DNA of 60,293 nucleotides, counting the filler, from Sphacelaria rigidula (Eukaryota), in NCBI GenBank assembly GCA_964200075.2. It is 4 parts of 4 records of this genome, joined end to end, with 100 filler letters (N's around TTAATTAATTAA, not from the genome) between each part and the next. Parts side by side here need not be neighbours in the genome. Positions count along the whole stretch, not along the records: positions 15,102 to 30,100 come from CAXNAA020001953.1; positions 30,201 to 45,197 come from CAXNAA020001954.1; 2 more parts are not named here. One strand, written 5' to 3'. The notes beneath the pieces were generated by a model. That model made no database searches. It had not been told where the DNA came from and worked only from the letters and a program-made list of their open reading frames with translations. Both the position numbers and the translations under genes were made by a program. Positions within the stretch are counted from its first letter, which is position 1, and the number at the start of each line of letters is the position of its first letter. Positions 25,901-38,500 of this stretch are shown here, piece by piece.

Positions 25901-28900
25901 AAAACCTCAAGTCATGAACACGTTTGCATTACCACGAGCTTCCTTGACTTGCAAGTCATGAGCATGTGATTCCTCAGGGGCGGGCAAACAGATGCCGGCC
26001 GTTCTTGTTATCGGTGACGCGCAAACGAGCCGAACGACACATCGTCAGTACTGTTTGCGTGGTATGGCTTCACACAGAAGTGTCGGCAAGCAAGAGTCCT
26101 TCTCACCTGGCATTGTGAACCATCTTGCAGCTGCGGGCCCAACGCCTATACTCAACCGTATCTGTCGTCATGCGCCTTCGTTGATCCTTAGCGACGGGAT
26201 CTTGGACCAGAACAAATGCTCTTGCTGTTGACGCACTGCCAACAACAGTATGTAAGCGTGCCTTCGCATTGCTCCCGGCTGCATTTTTACTGGGATTCGG
26301 CAAAGCTAGAGCGGGCGTGTTACCGTCTCGCACCCGCAGGGGTGTGCGGGGCGATGCACGTTCCCTTCGCTCGAACTTGTCGAATGTTTCAACTCTCGTC
26401 CGAGTACTACCCAACGCTTTTCGACTCCTCACTGTTACGTGTATCACCCCGGCGCTACCCGTGTTCTCGCATGTTTTCCCCGCGTATCGTGGCTGACTCT
26501 GAAATGTTGTTTGGAGGCGCTGAGAGGGATTGATTCTTGTCTCCACCTGAGTACAACCACTCTGACTATTGCTCGCTTTTCCCTGCTGTCGCGCTCGGAA
26601 GTCAGCAGCAGGTGTTGAGGTTTGTTGGTCACCAGAAACTCCAGCATCTGTGATAGCGGCGGTAATATTTTCAACCCCCGTGCATTCCCGCGAGCGCACG
26701 ACAGCACAAGCAAACCAGTCTGTAGCGCTGTGACCTGAACATGCCATTTTCATCCTGTCGCACATGCGGTCTTCGAATCCTTGACGACATTCTTGCAGGA
26801 CAGCAACAGGGAGCGCACCACTGTGATTGAATCGCGGGGGAGGGGGGCATGTGGCACCTGAGGGGCTGTCTTGATACATTTTTAGTCAGATTGTTTTCAA
26901 GCTGTAACGTGTACCATGCTATTTGAACGGGACATGCAACAACCGTCAAACTGCTGTGAGCAACGCTGGCGTGCTATCGTACATGGAGAGTGAGGTGTCT
27001 TATCTCGTTTTTCGCAAAATTATTTCTGAACCGAGTCGCTTCTTTTTCGTTTCGGGCACATCTGGTTGCCCACAGAAGTGTCATCACAGGAACGAACGGC
27101 ACTGGACCGAGCGAGGCATTGTGGGACCTAATTCACGCTACAGAGAAACCATTTGCACAACTTTCCACGGAGCCATGAAATGTAGAGGTTCCTCGATATA
27201 CAACCACTCTCGCCAGCATCTCCGTGGTGTACCCAAGCACAGACGCTTTTGGCCACAAGATAACTCTCTCTGAGCTGAATAGAAAAAGGTTTGACCCTCG
27301 GGACTCAGTTCAGTATGATAGGGGATGAATAACATCAAGACGCGCGAAATTGATGTAACTACGGGCGTACTCATGCGTCGTTTGCCTTTTTTGACTGAGT
27401 CATTGCTACTGACAATATCGGTTGATTCTCACTCAGTTGTTACTGGATTCAACCGGAAAAAGTGCACTATGCTCAAGTCAGTCAAGGGCTACATCTCGGT
27501 GTGCATATGTTGCATCGCAAGTACAAGAGCTCGCACGGCCCAGTTGTAGCGCTGTGTGCACCCTTGATTCATGTTTCCAGCCGCAACCACTTGGTCGCTG
27601 CAAAATCGCCATGGTCCTGCGTATGTTCCCGTTTGTCTGCCCGTTCACTTCTATCAAATTCTTGGAAGGGGTAGCAAGCAAGGGTACCCCTTCCGAGAGT
27701 AGCAGAACAAAGGCTGCCAAAAAAACGGAGAAGAAAAATAGTAAAATTCAGCCCTCCAACGTGCGGTCCACCAAGAATTTATTGAAATTCAGCCAGTCGG
27801 AAGGCCGTCTTTTCGGCAAGAGAAAGGACACGACGACCTCGGTGCCCAGCAGCAGCACCTCACTCTCTCACTGCGTTTGCTTTCCGCAAGAGTTCATACG
27901 TCCAGCGATTCTTTAGTCGTGATTCTCGACTCCTACGACTAGCTTCGAAATATGAGGGGCTACGAAGAGTCGACTCCTCCTACTAAATTCGAAAAACCAG
28001 GGACCCCTCAGACTTGACTGGTACGGCTCAGAGTAGTAGTGGTTGGACGTGAGTAATATTCTTCATGAGCCCAGATTGCGGAACAGAAAGTGTCAACACT
28101 TGGATAGAGCACCACAAAATGACGACAGGAAAACAAGCGAAGAAAAACATAAGCACGGATTTGCAGCAGGAACCAGCAGTAAGCTACTGGATCTCGAGCC
28201 ACACGACCATCTTCGGAAAACGAGGGACAACTCAGAGTCGACTCCTACAACTAAATTCGGAAATGGCAACAGCTTATGCGGAATCTCCACGAGTCCTTTC
28301 AGAAATAACGACCCATAGCAGTAGAGTGTACCCCACTTTGGCGCCATCAAGCAATGGCTGAATAGACATTTGATTTTAGTGTGGACCATCATATTCGGAT
28401 CTCCATGGGGGTCACAGTCCCAAGCCTCGGGCATCGTATGCACCTCCCATGTCGAGGGTTCTCGGTTTGCCTTGGATTAGGATTAGGGTTAGGGTTAGGG
28501 TTAGGGTTAAGTTCTTGTCTCATTCCGATGCCGTCCTGGTTTTGACTGTTGCCGTTCCGTCCGTACAGGACGTCCGGTTGATGGAACGGCAAACCCCGTC
28601 CAATCTCGCGGGATATTGAAGATCCTGGGGTATACTTGAATCTTTGTAGATGTGAGTAATGTATCTTACAAAAAGGGTTGAAATCTGCCATGCTTCTATG
28701 TTTGCTGAAGAGTGAAGGGAGGTATTGCTTGCACAAAATTCTGGTCTGAGCATAAATCTTTCGAGGTGTTTGCACACATTTCCCGTGATGACGAGACGGG
28801 AATTCTATGGGACAGTCTTCGGTTTCCCGCGCACACGGGACGGGAATCCCACCGGATTACATCGATTATTTCCCATGACAACGGGACGGGTGAAGATTTT

Positions 28901-29331
28901 TAAATCCCGTCCTGACACCCAGCTTCCCATCCCATCCCGCCCCGTCAGTATTTCTTGCAACGTTTCCCCCCTCCATTCCGTCCTGTTTTCTCGTGCAAAG
29001 CCCTGCATCACACGTACGCTCCAACAAGTGAGCGCAACGTGTGTGTGTGTCAAATATCGCTCAGTGGCGCCGATCCGACGTGAACCCGCTTAATCCATTG
29101 TCGACTTTCACGCGACTATAGTAAATGCGAAGGACAACGATGCCCAATTCAAGGACTACTAGAGAATTCTCACCGAGCAATACCTTCTGCCAGAGCATCC
29201 GCGGCAGCGCTGTAGAAGCCGCCCATCTCAAGAACGTATGCCCATGCAGCCCAGAAGAGAGCCAAGTCAGTGAAAAATTTCTTCGAGTGCAGGCAATGAA
29301 ATACCTTGCTGGCATCGTCTGTCAGGTCCGC
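22995..29331 (-). CDS. BUB1: Bub1/BubR1 (Mad3-Bub1) spindle-checkpoint Ser/Thr kinase, 5' exon(s) missing
   Basis: TPR/Mad3-Bub1 exon 29331-29174 (ADLTDDASKVFHCLHSKKFFTDLALFWAAWAYVLE) and a low-complexity exon ~26869-26107. Kinase exons: 25843-25642 (LGKGSFADVF...AVK), 25254-25182 (LPWECFII), ~24996-24844 (GTLHDLV), 24604-24344 (HMDMKPDNWL...IDFG), 23667-23504 (DADLFALGSCIYFMLHG) and 23196-22995 (YWEVHLWDNLFDELLN, stop). Exons between ~27000 and 29170 are unresolved. Confidence 0.9.
28477..28508 (+). repeat. Interstitial telomere-like repeat (TTAGGA then TTAGGG x4)
   Basis: ttaggattagggttagggttagggttagggtt seen directly, inside a BUB1 intron. Confidence 0.85.
28530..28960. mobile_element. 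MITE-like remnant rich in CGGGA/TCCCG subterminal motifs
   Basis: Repeated cgggacggg / tcccgtcc / cccatccc motifs ending ...ccgtcagtatttcttgca. Confidence 0.5.
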
Positions 29332-30015
29332 CTGCGAATCCAGAGCGGAACGAAGCAGCAGGTGTGATGAGCAACACCCGAAACGGGTAGGCTTTACTTT
29401 CGTATGCGCGCACAAAGTTCATCTTAATTTCGTTTCTTTGAGCTTAAATAGGCCTGTTTAGCGCAAACTTATAATCGGCTTGATACGCTTGAAACGAGCT
29501 TAACTTGCTGAACACGCGCATAAACGCGCATAAAACGCGCATAAAGTTGCGATATATTTTTGCTCGCAAGCGCTCCATGTGGCGTAACTCGTCATCAGGC
29601 AGGCCGACAAGCGTCAGGCTTCGGGCTCAAACACTCAATACTTCAATTTTTCATGGTCATGTTTCGTGTCCCTAGAGGCTACAATGCCGTACAGCTGCAT
29701 CAAGTATCGTAAGTGTACTGGCGTTTGTTGTTACCGTACGTGGGTTAGGGTGTAGGTGTGCAGGTTGTGGTCTTCAAACTCAATAAGTGAAGAAAAGCCT
29801 CATTTTAAAATGATAAATAATCAAAACTTCGAATGCCCAACTTGTCGTCTTGTCCTCATGCTAGAAGGCGCGCCTCTGGAGGGGATACTGCCACAACGCC
29901 ACAACAAGGACGGGAATGAGGCGCATAAAGCGCGCCTAATTTGCGCTAAAAAAGCTTGAAACGGGGTTTGAAAAATATGAGCTTATAAAAAAAACAAATT
30001 GAGCTCAATTAGCTT

Positions 30016-30100
30016 CTGTGTTGACCTTCCTCCTGTGTGACCCTGGCGGGTGTGCCCACATATACCGAAAGGTGTAGACCGGCGCCCAGAATAGATAGGA
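30016..30100. repeat. Dispersed repeat at a contig end (also at 60269-60293)
   Basis: ctgtgttgaccttcctcctgtgtga is identical near the 3' ends of contigs 2 and 4, consistent with a high-copy repeat that broke the assembly. Confidence 0.85.
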
Positions 30101-30200
30101 NNNNNNNNNNNNNNNNNNNNNNNNNNNNNNNNNNNNNNNNNNNNTTAATTAATTAANNNNNNNNNNNNNNNNNNNNNNNNNNNNNNNNNNNNNNNNNNNN
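30101..30200. other. Artificial contig-joining spacer
   Basis: Same N44-TTAATTAATTAA-N44 structure. Confidence 0.97.
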
Positions 30201-31437
30201 GACTTAAAGCGAATGATCAAAGCCACTCTCAATCGTATCATCTACTCTCAATCTCACGAAAACACTGTTAATCTTGGAATTTCTCTCCTCCCTGCCCGTA
30301 CTCGGATAAATCCTTGTGGAAAAAGAGAGACCCAACCCGGACCCAAACTCAACTATCTATGCGAAACAACCATGTTGTTACGAAGTATGGTTTCGGAATA
30401 TTCCGAGTTTATGCTATTATGAATAGTACGATGTTATGTTTACCTGAGGTACTTCCCCGAGGTAGTATCCGCACCCGGCAGGTCTTCCGAGTTCTGTAAG
30501 CTTCTCATACCCGGACCCGACTGTTTTCCAGGCTTTGCACGAAATATCACACCCTACCGAACATACCCGTACCCTACACAACACAACCTTGGAGTCAAGT
30601 AATCGATCAACAATCCGGCCGAAAATGAGCATCATTTCAACACGAGCGCGTACTTCGTATATACGCGTGTACCTCAGCAACAGCGTAGATCATGGATCGT
30701 GTGTTGACATTATGTAATTCATGTTGGTTTATCTTCAACATCTTCAACATGAGCCCGGTATGAGATGTTGTCCCAACTCCGATATCATCAGGTGTCAGAC
30801 CGTCCTCGTGGCGCTGAATCAGTGGTTGCAATGGTTGCAATCCCCCAACTCTACTTCATCGAATTGGAGGGCAGACGTACGACGCTACCTTCCCCCTGTG
30901 GTGCAGAGTGTCCTCGTCTCCATTCAGTCCAATTTTCAAAGGGTACAGTACAGCGCACGAACGTTTGACATGATAATGACCAAAAGTGTAAAAAACAAGT
31001 TTTCGTGAAATACAGAGTACGGCATTCGATTGAGAGATAAATGTTTCATCTTCACCTGAAAATTCAATGTGTAACCGTGATTTCGAACCCTGGCGGTCAA
31101 AGGGTAAGATTTTGAGCAGTTGGTCGCTGAAGATTTTGAAAAGAAACAAACGCCGATTCACGACTTTTTTTTAACCGCGACGGGTCAATAACTTACACTC
31201 GCTTACAACGTGTAAATCGGAATTATTTTTTGGAATGCATGGCATCATGTACCTACTACAGGTGATCATTACCTGTCCAACCTACGGCGGCGCATTGATG
31301 GAAGGGATGTTCAGATGGTTGTTATGCTCGTCACCCTTTTTAGTCTTAGTCCGACAAAAATTTCGTGACGCATTCTTGACTGTTCCAATCTGCTCACCTC
31401 TCTGTTTTCGCCTCATGTACGTGCGCATTTTCTGCAG

Positions 31438-31632
31438 ACGAGGTTTCCTGAAAACGTCGTCTTCGTGTTAGGGCGAGAGCAGTCGGGCTTGCCACTGTCG
31501 ATCATTGCCGAGATGGACTACTGCTGCGAGATCCCACAGCAGGGAGTGCTGCGCTCTCTGAACGCTCACGTCAGTGGAGCACTCATTCTTTGGGAATATA
31601 CCCGGCAAATGTTAGCCTTATCAGAACCTTGA
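31438..31632 (+). CDS. TARBP1: Terminal exon of a Trm3/TARBP1-like SpoU tRNA (Gm18) 2'-O-methyltransferase
   Basis: After the acceptor ttctgcag, the frame reads TRFPENVVFVLGREQSGLPLSIIAEMDYCCEIPQQGVLRSLNAHVSGALILWEYTRQMLALSEP*. This contains SpoU motifs II/III and the WEYTRQ ending typical of Trm3/TARBP1. The ORF track missed it. Confidence 0.9.
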   Translation, partial: TRFPENVVFVLGREQSGLPLSIIAEMDYCCEIPQQGVLRSLNAHVSGALILWEYTRQMLALSEP

Positions 31633-32587
31633 CGGAGAACCTTTTCGCGAGATACTCTAGCACTTTGTTGAGAGTGAGTTTCAGCAATCGCCTTGATTTG
31701 ACCAGTTTTTTTTTTTTTTTTTCGCCTGCGAAAATGCTGTGTGCTTACATTACAGCTCACGTCGATAGCCTACTCAGGTATGTCAAAGGTCTGAAGGAGC
31801 AATCGGCAGTGAAACTGTTTTAGGCATTGATCGACCATATGTGGAAATCTGAGGTTCCAAATTCCTGCTGATTGACAAGGATTATGTAGTAAAGGTACAG
31901 TATACGATGGACTCATCCCACAGCTACGAGCTTTTATTTCAACCTCTCCTTGACTGGCTCGGTGAAGTATTCCCCAAGAAACACCAGTCGATAAATACAT
32001 GGATTGGAATTTCCTCTTGTTCAGATTGTCACTCTCCATCACTTGCTAGACACCCCATCTCGCGAACGAGAGAGAAAGGTGCCCGCTGTTTTCTGATTGA
32101 TCAATTTTCTTGAAATTAACATTTTCATTGGTGGAAAATCCCTGGTCGGCCGCTGACGTTGTCCAGGGCGATGTCACCATCTTCTCGAAGGATTCAAGAT
32201 TCATAATTACTAGTGGTAAGGACACATGTAGTCTGAGGTCGCTCACGAAAATCGGTGGGGCCGGAGTCTCATCACAATCCAAGGAAACACATACTCAAGT
32301 CTTTCATCTACCCGAGCGAAGATTTTTGCAAACGTGGAGCACGAGGGACATTACATACTCTGCCGCAGGAGGTCCCAACGTTGACACATCAATCGTCTGT
32401 GTCCACAAGTTACCCACTCTTGATGAAAAAATCGGCACTGAACACCCTCAAATCACATTCACACTGGTACCGAAGCAGTGATACGGGGCCTGCAAAATTT
32501 GTACAGCCTGGTACTAACTGGCGCACTGAAGATAGGGGCTGCCCGTGCCCCGCGCGTCATCACCAGTAAAACAAAAAAATATCAAAA

Positions 32588-35500
32588 TCAGTCATCATTT
32601 TCTGGAGGCTTCCCCGGACGTTGCCTTCGTTGGTAGAGCTGGTTGAAGACGTCCTCAGCATCCTGGCGGAACAATTTCATCGTCGCGCACGAAGTGGGGA
32701 ACGGGGTGTGTGTCCAAAAGTTATGCCGCTACAGCTATGGCATCAGGGCGACATTTCCGGCGGTGATTCTCGCGATGGAACCACGCTCAGCTCCTGAAAC
32801 TTGGAGAAAAAAATGCCCAATTCGCATCCACCCTCCGCAGCCTGTGGTGAGCTTAATCAAACAACGGTTTTGTACCGTACTGTACCCCTAAACGGACGGA
32901 ATTGTGTTTCTACATGTGTGGACGCACCTGTTCGGAGTGCTTCTTGACCCAGGCAATGAGCTCTGCAACGCTGATCTGGCCGTCAGAATCAGTATCCATC
33001 TGCAATAGTGTCGATGTCAAGAGCAAACAAAAGTACGTACACACCATGAAACGGCGGTTTCGTTGTATCACGACCTATTTCAAGGTTGCTTTCTGTAATA
33101 ATATGGTATATGCGGAAGTGGGTTATTCATGGTTGGCATACTACGCCATACCGAAATGTGTACGGAGCATCCCGGTGTGGTCCGGCAGGGTAACGAGCCT
33201 TGTTCCGGACAATCCGATACGGTTTGGATGCTTCTGTAAATACCCGAATTTCAGCCGATATATCCGTCAAAACACAACCTTGGACGTCTTTATTAGGTTG
33301 TTTGGGAGGGCCATCCAAGTTCACATGCGTATGGAAGAACCAATCTCAAATGGTAACCGACGAGCGGGGGTCGGCGGTGCCGTGGCATATACATGGCGAG
33401 AAGATGTTCAGGTCTGATGCCACTGACGGCGCGTATCTGACACGAGTACAGCAACCAATTATCCCAGATACGAAACTAGGCAAATAGTTTCGAGTGAATC
33501 ATTTTACATCATACTGGCTCCGTTGACCTTGAAATACTTATTTTTCCACACATGTTCAAAACTGCAAGTTCAATATCTCAACGGAGTTTATTTCGCTTCG
33601 GAAGCTGTTTGCGATCGTATTTAGTGCAACTCGTCGTGTGGCTGTGTTACACACTCTACATTACCGCACCAAGCGAAACCACTGCTTCACCTGTGCCATC
33701 TCAAGGTATACCGTGCACAAATTCGTGTGCAAATTTCGTACTAGGCATATTGACCGTTTTCACGCGGCGTTAGGCGCTCCGGTCAACCCTTTCGCAGCAA
33801 CTAATGACGGGCAAAAACACCATGAACTTGTGTTCATCCCCCAATACTTGGTATCGGCGTGGGGGGTTGAACTCATGTTAAAAGTAGGGCTAGGTTGATG
33901 GGTTGAGGTATAGCAGCTTCTCCGAGGTGAACCCCAGAGTTTAAAATCTATGCACAATAGAGGGTAGGGTGTAGGGTGAAATGATAAAGTCTAGGGTGAG
34001 ATCGCCAAGGACCGAGGGGTGATCTTCCAGTCTGCGAAAAGTTATTCATCAGGTTCTTGGAACCGAAAGAGCTATGCCGTGCTGTATCACGAGTGCACAG
34101 TGTATAGTAGTGCAGCATATACAAACCAGTACCGAGTTGAAGGCCCCTCTCTAGACTCTCAACACCTGTCCTATTTGGACAGCAGAGGTTGTACTCCCAA
34201 ACCAGCTCACCCTCGTGGATTCAACATGACAACCTTGGCCTAGCGAAATTTCGTCTGCGTTCGTCATGTACTCAGGTTTTGAGGTACATGCGTATGTGGC
34301 GGAATGTACAGTGCAACAGTACAGCAGAAATCACCACCAACTCACTTCACCCCCCCGCCCCCCTCCCCCGCAACTCTGGGGGCTACGAGCAACAAGCTGG
34401 GCACCTAGCTGGGTTCCAACAACAAAAAGAGCTCACCACTGCGCCCAGACTTGTGGCTACACACCGTTGTGTGACTACAAACGGAAATTTTGGCTGAAGT
34501 TCCGCCCTCCGATTTACAGAAGAGTTGGGGAGCGTATGCGTGATCGGTTGAGCATTTTTCTTGCAAAAAACTACTCGGAAGTAACAGGCGAACCTCCTGT
34601 CGCCGCCGGCTTCATGAAGCTTGTCCAATAGGGAGGGAGGGCACTATAGATCATCAAATAATGTCGAACGAATATTTTCGCCACGTGTCTGGTGGGCCGA
34701 GCTCCACGACGGCAACGTGGGACAACTCACAAAACTCTATTTATAGCTAGCGTGCAAAAATAGAGGTGCATCTCAGTCTTCCACCGTTTGGGCCAAGATG
34801 AGCGAATTTCAAGCATTGTGACGTGTACAACTGACGGCAAGGTGCAGTCAGCAGTACACTGCCGATTTTTTCGCGGATTTGCGGACCTGTCATTTCTTCC
34901 TCGAGGAGACAAAAGCGACTCTCATTCGCGGTGTCTACTGACGTTCGCTGGGCAAATTAATTATCGCGTCGATTGTGTGGGCAGATCGTTTTCTCCACGT
35001 AAAGCGTGTACCTGTTCACGCAATCAATCCAAGTCACACCATGCCGTATTCCTCTACATTTGATCTTACAAATTGCTAAGCCGTCATCTCAGGGTTCAAT
35101 GGTAGATTTTAGCAAAAACTCGAACACCATCGTTAGGTTTATTTTTCCTTAAGGAATCTGACGAATACCTCATGGTGTACATGTAATTTGTTTCCAATTT
35201 GGCACATGCTTCTCTGTGCTGTCAGCTCGCTTGTGATAATATCTGTAGCTTGTCCATAGGTGAAAATGTGAGGACAAAACAGGATGATCAGAGTTACTGA
35301 CGCCTTCGTGGTACCAACATCAAGGACGTTTTTTTAGTAACCTCACCTCTTCGGCGATGGCCCTAGCTTCCTTGGGCGTGCTTGCTGCCGTCAGTACATG
35401 CTGCATCACAAAGGCAATCTCTTCGGCCGACACCATGCCATCCTGAGCGTGCAAGGGCAGGATAAACACTCAGGTCATGACCTCACAAAAAACCGCTCCA

Positions 35501-38500
35501 AAGTGGATCGACCCCGATTACATGTTCCCACAGCTCCGCCATTTTTTTGTTTCAAAACCTCGTTGCGCTCAGGGCAATACCAGCTCTTTTTCTGCGGCGT
35601 AAAGGGTTGCATACGGTGTTCTAGGGTTGGAAAAAAGCACTTCCCACGTATCGATACTGAACGGTGGACACAAAACTGTCGTGGTAATGAAATGAATCAT
35701 CGACATGAACTTCGAGCAATACCTATTCATCGTGCGCCAGTATTTATGCATCCCTGCAAAATGGGTTGAAACGGACAAAACATTGAGTCTAGCATCTGAC
35801 CAAGGTTGACTAGCTCTATCCCGCGGTACTCAATCTAGACTGTGTCAGACCTCATCACGGTCCAAGATGTGCAGCTTGTCCCCAATTCGCTTCTCCACGG
35901 ACTGTATCTCCAGCTCGAGCCTGTCCAGCATTGACGCCAGTTTATTTTGCACTCGCTGTACGCTCTTGTCCACAGCGGCAGGCTACATTGCAGTGCAGTG
36001 TACATGCATAGAGGGTGACAAACGACTGTAAGGGACGATAAAATACGTGTAAGCAAAATACACGTTTGCATGACAGTGGCAAACACGCACCGTCAACTGG
36101 AGTGTACACAGTATCGCAAGAGCTCGATTCATGAACCGACTCTCCTCCTGCGCTCGATTCTCCTATGAACCGACAGTGGCGCTCACCTTGTCTATCTTGG
36201 CCTCATCCGCTTCCTGTGCCTCCGAAGTGCCGCTATCCGTCGTTACATCCGCTGCAAGCGAGCGGATCGCAACGAAGGAACCGTGCGATCTACATGTGAA
36301 GCTGAGCAAACAATAGACGACACGTCGATGGCTCGGTGGCAAAGTCGATAAGGTACTAGGTTGCGGCGAATCGAATCGTCGACCTGGCTCTTCCATCCCA
36401 AGCTCTAATAGAACTGTTCGAGAGGTGATAATGCGAAAGTTCTTTAATGTCTGCATTTGGGCAACCTCCACATCAACACAGATGGCAGTAGTTGGTACAC
36501 TTCATTCAGACGCCGCACGCTTGCCTCTCGACTTGCAGTTACTCCATTATTCCACGGTTCATTCCATTCGGTATCTTACCGACGGAGTCATCTGGAGCAG
36601 CCCTTCCTTCATCACTCTCACGTGTCAATGTCTTACCCAGGCCATCCGATTTCGATTGCACCTGTTCCGCACCAAGCATCGACATGAACGGCTAGTTATG
36701 GTAACACAGCACAATGTTCGGCTTTCACACCACGGCATTCCGGCGAGTCCAGGATTCATCATACACAGCAAGAACGATCCACGCTGACAGGTACACACCC
36801 TACGTCGCGGCAGGGTTCCAAAAATCCTGGGGATATCCACGAAGAAGCAGAGGGCATACAGCAGAAAGGATGGCATCCAACCTCTGCATTAGATGCCGTA
36901 GAGAGGAGCGTTTCGGGCTTCGCGGGTGTCTTCTCCCCAGCTGTCGAAGACAGCATCTCCTCTTTTTCCGGGGAAGGTTCAGCAGAGTCTGCAGCAGTCC
37001 TTGCCTCGGTCGCGAGCTTCGACTCCGCCTCGGATTCGTTCTCAGCCAACTTGGACACCTCCTTCACCTGTCGGTTACGCCGATAAGACCAAGGCCAAAA
37101 AAGCTGACATTGAATCATCAAGAAACACCACAAAAGCATTCGAGTCACCATTGCTCGATCTGGAAAGTAAGAACGCAGATGGGCGAATGTGTGCAACTTC
37201 CATAAAATGGTCGGGAATAAACCGTCTCAAAAAGCACCGGATCTTACCAGGTAAGCAGCATTTCTCGTTATTTGTAACGCACCTGTGTTACAATATTTTT
37301 GCTGGGACCTGTTTTGTTTCAGTTGTTTTTTCTTTATACCTTATTTTGGCTAACAGGCTGGGCCGCTGAAGACGCGGGCAGGAATGTGGACACGCGCTTA
37401 TAGAGCTTAATTTTGGGTCGTTTTCGATGACTTCTTGACATGATGTACAGGACGTATGTGAGAAGACTCCATCATTTGCCCCCTACTTTTTTCCTTTCTT
37501 GTGAGTTATTCACCATTTAGCCCCGGAAAGAACTATTCTGTAGTGTTTAGTCACCAATAACTCACGGAGGAAAGAAAAAAAATGTAGGGGGCAGAGGATG
37601 GAGTGTTCGCACATACGTCCTGTACATCATGTCAAAATTTCATAGAAATCGACTCAAAATTGAGCTGCATAACCGCGTGTTCGTGTCGAAGGCTGGTTCC
37701 TACGTGGAGATGGATCAGCCACGAAAAAATGAAACGCGGTTATGCTGTTCAATTTCGAGTCTTCTTACACGAATTTTTTACACGATGTGCATGAGGTGTG
37801 TTGTAAAGACTCTATTTTCCCCCCTTTGATTTTCGTTGTTTCATGAATTGTCAACGATCTCGTACCGAAATAAATTGTTCCGAACTATCACCATCACCAG
37901 TAACTCATTAGGGGAAAGCAAAAAAGGGAAAGGGAAAATATAGGGGCTTCACACATAGCTCATGTACATCATGTCAAAAATTCATAGCAAACGACTCAAA
38001 ATTGACCAGCGCAACCGCGCTCTTCTGTTTAGAACCGGTTGATTTGCTTTACGAGTGCAATAACCTCAGCCGGAACTTTGACGTTTTCTACAAGCTATGT
38101 TCACCCACTGCTCACCGATTCGCACACTATTATAGTACAAGACGCCTTGGCGAGCTGGAGGTCTCGTCTACGTGCAATCTCAGACACTGCGCGCCTACAG
38201 TATGACATGCATTGTTGTACAATCACAACTTGTGCAGCACCATCACTTTGCGGCCGCGGCACAACCGATTGTAACCGACCATGCGACTTCAGCCGTTTTT
38301 CCCCCTAGTTCCGGCGCACATGCCACCCTCAACTACACTTCGCAGCTGACTACAGCTTGAATTTTCGTTTGATGGGAACTTGTCGGATCGCCGTGCTACG
38401 TGAAGTGAAAGACGCACGTTGATTTGCAGATTACCACCATGAGTCATTGTAGGCACAACTCGCGATAGATCGTCAGTTAGAAGCGGCTGACGGAAAGTCT

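Noticed and set aside
28477..28508. Chromosome end
   Set aside because: Only about five units, internal to a BUB1 intron.
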